64,000 nt of DNA, taken from Octopus bimaculoides (Eukaryota). The position numbers and the translations under genes are program-made. Below the pieces are notes generated by a model that ran no database searches, was not told where the DNA came from, and worked only from the letters and a program-made list of their open reading frames with translations. This document shows positions 55,565 to 64,000 of this stretch, one piece after another; position 1 is the first letter of the stretch; each line of letters begins with the position of its first letter. The stretch lies in contig NC_069001.1 in assembly GCF_001194135.2 (NCBI RefSeq), positions 28,515,998 through 28,579,997 on the forward strand. The letters are read 5' to 3'.

Positions 55565-56200
55565 GGGTGGTAAGGTGGAAGAATTGTTAACACGCCGAGC
55601 AACATGTTTGCCAGCATTTCGTCTGTCTTTATGTTCTGGGTTGAAACTTTGTCTCATCATTTCTGAGTCGATAAATTAAGTACCAGTGAAACACTGGTGT
55701 TGATGTAATTGACTAGTCCCTTCCTCTACAATTTCAGGCCTTGTGCCTTTAGACGAAACGATTATTAAGGCGGTGACTTGGCAGAATCCTGCTAACGATT
55801 CGAGTAAAATGCTTGGCTGTATTTCATCTGCTTTTGCTTTCTGAATTCAAATTCCGCCGGAGTTGACCTTGCCTTTCATTATTTCGAGGTCAATAAAATA
55901 ATTACCAATTGAACATTGGGATCGATTAATTCGAGTTAACACCTCTCCCAAACCTAATGGACTTGTGCGAATATTTGAAGCCAATAAAGCAGTGAGCTGG
56001 CAGAATCGTTAACACGTCCGGCAAAATGCGAACCAGTATTTCGTCAGCCTTTAGGTTCTGAATTCTAATTCTGCCGTGGTGGCCTTTGCTTTTCATCATT
56101 TTGGCATCGATAAAATCAGTACCAGTCCAACACTGGTGGAGAGGATGCAACGACTAACCTCCACAACCGAAATTGCTCGATTTGTGTCAAAATATCAAAA
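55565..56200 (+). mobile_element. Three head-to-tail SINE family B copies (about 55565-55766, 55769-55986, 55989-56200)
   Basis: Each has the (gg)cggtgagctggcagaatcgtt-type head, the tttcatc...gtcgataaa...accag core and the cttgtgc tail. The last is followed by (ATT)n. Confidence 0.88.
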
Positions 56201-56201
56201 C

Positions 56202-56235
<34 letters not shown>

Positions 56236-56471
56236 TGAAGTAACAGTTTGATTCGGTTCTTTTCGAAGCTTCGTCTTTAAGCTAAGTTTTCAAACATGTA
56301 GAACCTAATTCGGTTCTACGAGCCTGATATGTTCGTGTCTTTTGGCAAGCCTTCGAATCTTTTAATTGCATTGACCCTAATCAAATTGTTATTAAGATAA
56401 TTATGTAACAACTGGCAAATATATTGAGTCCGACTTTCTTCCGTTTATTCACTCACCAGCGTATATGTAAG

Positions 56472-56858
56472 AACCACATGGTTCCGGATTCGGTCCCACT
56501 GCGTGGTACATTGGGCATATGTCTTCTACTATAGTCTCGGCCCAACCAAAGCCTTGTGAGTGGATTTGGTAGGCGGAAACTGGAATAAGCGCGTCGTACA
56601 TATATATATATATATAAAGTTTTGCGTGTTTCTTTGTTTGTCCCCCTACTATAGTTTGACAACCGATGCTGGTGTGTTTATGTCACATTAACTTGGAGGT
56701 TCGGTAAAATATACTAATAGAATATGTACTAGGCTTAAAAAAATTAAGTCCTTGGGGACGATTTCTTTGACTAATACCCTGCAAGGCGGTGCTCCAGCAT
56801 GGCCGTAGTCAAATGACTGAAAAACTGAAAAACGTAACAGCATAAAAGAGTAAAAGAT
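56472..56858 (+). mobile_element. SINE family A, near full length
   Basis: accacatggttccggattcggtcccactgcgtgg...tgacaaccgatgctggtgtgttta...aaggcggtgctccagcatggccgtagtcaaatgactgaaa...aaaagagtaaaaga. Confidence 0.9.
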
Positions 56859-57319
56859 TACTTAAAACTGATGAATGGCTATGCATTTCTGCTACAGTAG
56901 TTTAATATGTACTTTTCTATTGACATAAATCTTCTACATATAGTCAGGTATGTAGAAGGCACAACACACATGAAGTACATAATACGTTGCGTAACTCTCA
57001 ATTCATCAGGGTAAGTAAATATACCAGCAAACATTGACATACTGTTGAATGCATGCTTCAACAATTGTAGCAGCACCAGGTGGCCCATTCAATGACTTTA
57101 ATATGTATTTATGCCACATTCTATATTCCCTTCATCTTTGGATACTATTGGATTTGTAGACTGTCAAACAGTAGTGAAATTCCTGATATCGATGCATTCA
57201 CCGTCATAGTAAGAAATTGCTTAAATATATGATTTCTGTTTTCCTGCGTGGCCATTTATTGTGTCTTGTTTCTCCTTCATTTGCTTCAATCATTGTGGTC
57301 TACTTTTAATCATATACGT

Positions 57320-57356
<37 letters not shown>

Positions 57357-57451
57357 CATATATACGCATATATATCTGTATATATATACATATATACACA
57401 TATATGTTTTATGCATATATATATTCTATTCACTCTATTATTCTTTGGTCT

Positions 57452-57492
<41 letters not shown>

Positions 57493-59480
57493 GATATACA
57501 GACTCAAAGCAACACACATATATATATTCGTATATATGAAGGTGGACTTTGTGTCGTTTGCGTGTCAATCTTGCAATCGCACGCATAGATCAGTTTGTTT
57601 TTTAGTTATGTATGAACAAATAATTATTTTTACTCACGTTAACTTATGGAACTGAATATTTACACGTTCATTAAGACAACCACAGTTTCCTTCACATCAG
57701 GGAAATAATAAATAGCAGAAAGCGATGTGTTAATAACGCGTTGATGCTGCCACACATTACTACACACATGCGCGCGTACACGGAATCGTACACAAACACG
57801 CGCACTCAGACACACGCTCACACATCCATTTGCTTGTACACATACACCCCACCTTCGTGCATGCATAATTTCATATGTATTGTTAAACACGTCAAAACTT
57901 TAACGTATACACTCGTGTATGTAATTAAACTACACGTACGCTTACAGACATATGGATATGGAAATGCTCTTTTAAACACATGCTTGCGAATTAACAAACG
58001 CATATGAAAAAGGCTCATACTTACATTAGCATAAAAGCATAGCTGTACATACATGCAGTGATGTATATATTGAAAGACACATGCGTACGTTTGTGAAACA
58101 TGCGCATACCAACAAACATTTAGACAACGCTCTTTTACATACCCACTTGTGTATATAAAGCATGCATATATAAATACATACGTATGTAAATCGTAATCAG
58201 ATGTTCTAACATGCGCTCACAAAAGACGCACATTCATAAGCGATCACTCACTCGTCTTTCTATGTTTTTCCCTTTCTCTCTCTCCTCTCGTGTCTCTCTT
58301 CTCTCTCTTTCTCGTTCTCCCCCTTATCTTTTTGTTTTCTCTGTTTTTTCTTCTTATTCGTTCTTTCTCTTTTATTTCTTCTCTCCCACTTTCTCTGTCT
58401 GTCTCTCTCTATCTCTCTCTCTCTCTCACATACACTGAAAGACAGAAACACAGGTACACGCAAACACGTTCACACATATACATACACGTTAGATGCCAAA
58501 TTTATCACAAGTTTAGTAGCGAATGTAATCATGCAATTTAAGGGTTTCTTACTCACATTTTAGAGCTTATCATCTCTCTCCATTGTATACGGGGTGTTGA
58601 TGTGGGTTAGAGGTTAGGGTGGGAGGTAATTGGTAATCATTTAGCACTGTTGTTAATGCTGATGTAATTGATAACATGAACAATAGAAGAAGCAGTACAA
58701 TGGATGCATTATTGTTGCTGTGCTTGGTGAAACCTAGTTCGGCTCCTATCGAGCAAGCTTAAAGAAAACGCGTTCCAGCCGTGACTATTCAAGCACATTG
58801 AATATATAAAACTATACTGTCCAATGTGACTTGTTATGATTTTAATTCAAAGAGAATTAATTGGTGGCGATTATGGGCACTCTCCCGAGAAATTGTATAC
58901 CGAAAGGTGCTTTTAATCTCATTGTTTGTGCCGTCATGTTTGTTCGAATGTTTTTTTTTTTGTTCTTGTTCTTCTTGTCGGGAGAGTTTACATCAAATTA
59001 GCACTAACGAAAGTCGTATGGTCAATAAATATTATTAAACATTATTAGCAAATGTAGTAAAAAATTAAACTAATTTGTGTTTTGTAGAAGTATAAACTAT
59101 TTATTACATATGAATTTTAACAACAAATTCTTTTGTGGATCTCCAAGGGTCATATGGACTCAATTTGAGAACAACTGATCTGCACCGTTCATTTCTAAGT
59201 ATGAAGATGCAGTTTGCACATTTTGGCTACTGCTCCTAGCAGATCGAGTGAAAATAATGTTATTGACGAGAATAGTTAGAGAAAATTTCTTGTCCGTCAT
59301 TAGTCTGGAAAATTACACATTGTTAATAATTAGACATTGTTAATAATCAACAAGACAAATGTGAAAGAAGGAACAAAGTATGCCCAAACCGGAAACCTGG
59401 GGCGAATGCTTACATCCGAGATGATTTCGATAATGTGCTGGCGTCTAACTGGGCAAATAACTAAGCCACGCGCTTTCACA

Positions 59481-59798
59481 GGCGCGTGGCTTAGTGGCTT
59501 GGGCATTCGGCTCAGGATCGTTAGGTCGTGAGTTCGATTCCCGGTGACGCGTTTTGTCCTTGAGCAAGACACTTTATTTCACGTGGCTCCAGTCCGCTCA
59601 GCTGGCAGAAATTAGTAGTACCCGTATTACAAAGGGCCGGCCTTGTCACGCTATGTGTCACGCTGAGTCTCCCTGAGAACTACGTTAGGGGTACACGTGT
59701 CTGTGGATTGTTCAGTCACTTGCACGTTAATTTCACGAGTAAGCGGTTCCGTTGATCGTATCAGCTGGAAGCCTCGTCGTTGTGACCGACGGAATGCT
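59481..59798 (+). mobile_element. tRNA-derived SINE family C, best-preserved copy with intact Pol III boxes
   Basis: A-box TGGCTTAGTGG, B-box gagttcgattcc, core ccttgagcaagacactttatttcacgtggctccagtccgctcagctggc, and tail ...gaccgacggaatgc. Confidence 0.92.
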
Positions 59799-59872
59799 CC
59801 TTTTATTTTATACTAAAAATATTTGATAGAATTCTACCCTTCTAAATATGGTAGATGTTGTTCAAGAGAGAT

Positions 59873-59911
59873 TTGAATAATCTGATTGAATAATCTGATT
59901 GAATAATCTGA
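59873..59911. repeat. (TTGAATAATCTGA)3 perfect 13-bp tandem
   Basis: Three identical copies read directly. Confidence 0.95.
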
Positions 59912-60299
59912 TGTAACCCACCGACAGACGCGTGCACAAGCACACACTCCACTTAGGTTTAAATTTGTTTACAAGTAATGGGCAAATGACACTTTGAAAA
60001 TCTTTCAGTATCCATTCCCAGCGGAAAAGCAATCGATGAAACGTGCCTTCTAGGTGAGCTTGTTTTGAATGGTAATTTTATAAGATTAGTTTCAAGTTTA
60101 CCTGATTTTTTAATGTTAGAATAAGACATTAGGAAATGAAGAGTGAAATCATTCTCTTGTTCTTATTCTCATTGACCTCATATTGCTAAAATATATATTG
60201 ACTTTTAACCAGAGAGTTGAATTGCGGTGAATAAATTTATTTTCCGTTTCTTGTCTTTCAAAAGAGCAAGGACTCTTTACCAGACCGCTAGAGCAAACC

Positions 60300-60900
60300 T
60301 TTTAAACCGCTGTTGGTCTTTGCTGATTGATAAATCTATAAACTCTCTGGACATTATGCCAAGCTTTCATTCGCAAAAACTGATTATGGAATGGAGAATT
60401 TTGGTGTGCCATCGTCTTTGATAGTGATACCGAAATTTTTTCACTGTGTACGTTATTTGCGTAAAGACAAGCACTTCTCTGATTAACACATTCTGTTGAA
60501 TTAGAAATGTTTTATCGACCCTGTAATGTGAAATAGTAAAGCCCACAAAGAGGAATTGCGATGAATAAATTAGGCTATTAGAAAAAAACAAAAAGGGTCC
60601 TTTGCAAGACTAATAGTACAACCATTCTAAAAGCAGGATGGTCCATGTTGATACATAGATCTATAAATTCTATACATAAAATTGTAATCATGTACCAAGT
60701 CTTCATTCACAAAAACTGAATATTGTTGAATGGAGAATTTCGACGTTCCATCGTCTGTGATTATGGTACTGATATATTTTTTCATAGTGAATATCATTTG
60801 CTTAAAGACCAGCACTTCTCTGAATAGCACAGTCTGTTGTATTAAAAATCAATTCATTACTGGTACTCGTTTTATCGATCCTGGAATGTGAAATAGTAAA
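60300..60900. repeat. Diverged tandem duplication (about 60300-60540 vs about 60625-60900)
   Basis: Shared anchors: ttcattc(g/a)caaaaactga, gaatggagaattt, ccatcgtct, agcacttctctga, ttttatcga.cctg.aatgtgaaatagtaaa. Confidence 0.85.
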
Positions 60901-62123
60901 AGTGTAGCTTAGCATTTGAACTCATTGGAGCGAAGTTAAATATTACAATACTGTCCACAACTATGTTGATTGGTTGCGTTGGTTTTCAATTTCCTCTGAA
61001 CATTTTAAAACGTACAAAGAAGAAAAGGAAAATATTCGATGAAAAAGATAATAGAATCGAGGTAGAAACCTCATTAGCAGTGAAGTAGAAATACTGCACT
61101 GTGTTCCACTGATAGAATATCTTCAGGCAAACAAAAGTTTCTAATATCGTTAGCTAGCAAGTTGTTATAGCATTACGAAACGCTATATATTTATGAGACA
61201 ATTAAAGCACGTTTGCTTTGTGTTACTCGGATTGAGACGCATGAAATTTTAATGACGATATTATTGACCGATTTAATTATTAAAGGCAGCTAATTCTAAG
61301 ATGGGAATTTCTGCAGAATGTGCGTTCCACACTATTAATCTGCGTGTTTTAGTAATATCCACAGAATGTCGAAAGAGCACAATATATTTTGTAAATTTCG
61401 AGTCGGCTGAGTAGAAAATTATGTATTCGAGGAAATATTAACCAAAGTCGTTTGTCTCATCTTTGTTTGAAAAGTGGGAGAAAAAAAAACTAAACAAAAT
61501 AACAACAAAGAATTACATTCTAAAATATTTAGTAAATTATTGATTTTTCTTTTTCGACTTTAAATAAATTAACGAATGCAATCGCCAACTCTTTCTCCAC
61601 TTTATCTAATACTACATGCAGCTTCTGTGTTCATGTAACTAGTTCTAGTAAAGCTAAAATTAAATACAAGTCAAATATGGAAATGAGGGGTGGGGGGTGG
61701 ATATAATATCTTATAATGAACCCATCGTGTATCAACATTGCGTGTTGATATTCGTTCACCGATTCAATTTCTCTTCATCTTTTCATACATGTTAATACAT
61801 AATATACTACACAATATACGAGCATCGCTAGAAACCAATCATCGCCGTCGTCATCATCATCGTTATCTTCATCATCGTCGACTTATGAGCCAACTAGTGA
61901 CTTGATAGGTTGTCGCTCGACACGCAACTCATAACAACGAAATTGCCCTCAAATAACAAACTGCTCTCCAAGAGCAGATCGCTCTTTAAGAGAAGATTGC
62001 ACTTTAAGAGAACGACTGATTAGTAAACATAAATATACAAACCCCTAAACCGACGAAATAATCTTCAGCGAAAGACATTTGATCGTAGGTTCACCAAGTT
62101 GAGCTGCCTGGTGATGAAGAATA

Positions 62124-62266
62124 CGTAACTGGTACTTAATTTATCGACCCCGAAAGGATGAAAGGGAAAGTCGACCCCGGCCGAATTTGAACTCAGAACG
62201 TAAAGACAGATGAAATACCGCTAAGCATTTCACCCAGCGTGCTAACGTTTCTGCCATTTCGCCGCC
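62124..62266 (-). mobile_element. SINE family B, head and core (young)
   Basis: actggtacttaatttatcgaccccgaaaggatgaaagggaaagtcgaccccggccgaatttgaactcagaacgtaaag...gctaacgtttctgccatttcgccgcc. Confidence 0.9.
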
Positions 62267-64000
62267 TTAACAACAATAATAGTAATAATAATGACTAAGG
62301 TAATGTTCCACACTGTCGGCTCTTCGGGTGCCGGGGGACAGTCGAGGTAACTAAGAAGCTAAACAGCTTTTTGGAAAAAGCAAAGAGAATGTTAGTGGTA
62401 GAACTGACATACCCAAATGAATCGATAGTGAACGTAAAAATATGGAAGGCCATTTATGCACACATGTACGTGTGTGTATGTTTTGCGTAGTGGTGTAAAG
62501 CTATACGTCACATTGCATCGATTCAAAGAAAGGACATAATTCAACGTTTCTATACATGCAAGTCGTTAATATATGTACTGAAATGCGTACTAATACTGAT
62601 ACGATCAAGTCAGGAAAAAAAAACCCTATATTGGTTTATATGGCTGCCGTAAAATGATGCAAGCCAATGAATGAATACGATATCAATTATTGTATATCTC
62701 TCTATCTGTCACTTGTACGAGAGGTGGTTATCCTTGTAAAGTTGTTGAAATCTATTATCGGGAATGTGTTTTAGAGAAAATGCAAGATATTTTTTTTTAC
62801 ACTGCAAATACGTCATAGATAGTTCACACATGATTCTCACTCATAGAATTCAATTCTCTTCATAGGTTTGAATACATTTAACGAAGTACAGAGAAGTTAT
62901 ACTTCAAGAAAGTTTAATATTAGGTGTATGTGTGTGTGTTTACATTACATAATATTGGAAACATGTATGCATGTTTGGAATATTTTATAAATATTTCTAT
63001 TATCATACGTGTATATAAGGTACGCGCACTAAGAAAAGTGTGCGCTCACACACACACACACATACATATAAATACACACATGCAGACAAATTTATATATA
63101 AATTAATGAACAGATAGACCTCCATATTTATCTATCTGTCTGTCTCTCTATCTATATATGTATGTGTTTGTGTGTGTATATATATATATATATATATACA
63201 GAGAGAGGGAGGGAGGAAGGAAATAGAGACAGACAGCCGCGTGTACACACATACATATCTATATCTATATATTCTTTATTTGTGTGTATATATTTTAGTT
63301 TAGTTTTGTCTAGAATCCTTCTCTATGTTCTATGACTGTAAACACCTTTCAAAAATTGAAATATCAAAACAGAAGATTGCCTGAAATGCTAGAGAAACGA
63401 ACGAGGTAACTTGTAATACATTTAAACACAATTTTCTTGCTTACGTCCAGGCCTGCCAAACCGTTTCGGCCTTTGAGAAACAAACTGTTTTCGCATTGGT
63501 AACACTGTTGGCATTAACACCGGACACTTAACATTTTTTTTTGTGATAACACAGAAAAATTACAAACAAATCGATAACCTTTCAGTGTGAATATGTATAA
63601 TAACAGGAGTATAACAGATTAGACAAAAATCCATTAATACAGTCTACGGATTTTTCAAAATTGTTCAAGTTTTTAAAACGTTCCTTACTCAAAATCAATG
63701 CATTTGTCATTTATTTAGTTTCTGGGAATTTTTTGTTTTGTTTTAATTTATAAGATAAATATTTTGTAGAATGGATCCCTTTAGTTTCAATATAGTTTGA
63801 CCATATTGTCACTAGATCCATTGTATTATGCCATAAGAATAGTAGTGAGATAAAAGAAGAACCAAACAAAAACCACTTACAGCAGATTTTAATATGTGGT
63901 AAAAGAGCACTTTGCCGGAGTTGATCTGAAGAGGCATAGAAAGTTTTACATATTTGTTGTTACAGTCTCTATTTGTTGAATTTCAGTTCCCGAGGAATCT

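Noticed and set aside
58603-58625. Telomere-like gggttagaggttaggg
   Set aside because: Only about 2 imperfect units; expected by chance.
59481-59555. tRNA gene
   Set aside because: A- and B-boxes are present, but it continues into a SINE body with several copies, has no closing acceptor stem and no poly-T terminator. The same applies to the other tRNA-like heads.

Overview
AT-rich eukaryotic genomic DNA with about 17 N-gaps, saturated with (TA)n/(CA)n/(AAT)n microsatellites. It carries at least four tRNA-derived SINE families and decayed retroelements. The repeat families look like those of an octopod cephalopod (inference, no search run). No intact protein-coding gene is recognisable, and nearly all ORFs in the supplied track are microsatellite or N artefacts. 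Protein-level signals are all transposon relics: a Dong/R4-like RLE LINE 3' end between (TAA)n tracts (19.0-19.5 kb), a second RLE LINE (45.2-45.8 kb), a Gypsy K02A2.6-like gag relic (31.8-32.3 kb) and a faint RTE-like RT C-terminus (25.8-26.1 kb). The most interesting non-repeat signal is on the + strand. Two sites have a polypyrimidine tract and CAG directly abutting a consensus donor (CAG|GTGAGT at 51043/51044, CAG|GTAAGT at 54186/54187), the architecture of recursive-splicing ratchet points. They sit among weaker AG|GT sites at roughly 3 kb spacing, lie downstream of a textbook TACTAAC 3' splice site at 47.8 kb, and are bracketed by an inverted SINE pair. This suggests the window lies inside a very long + strand intron, possibly spliced stepwise. 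That reading is a hypothesis needing RNA data. SINE family labels A-D are my own working names.
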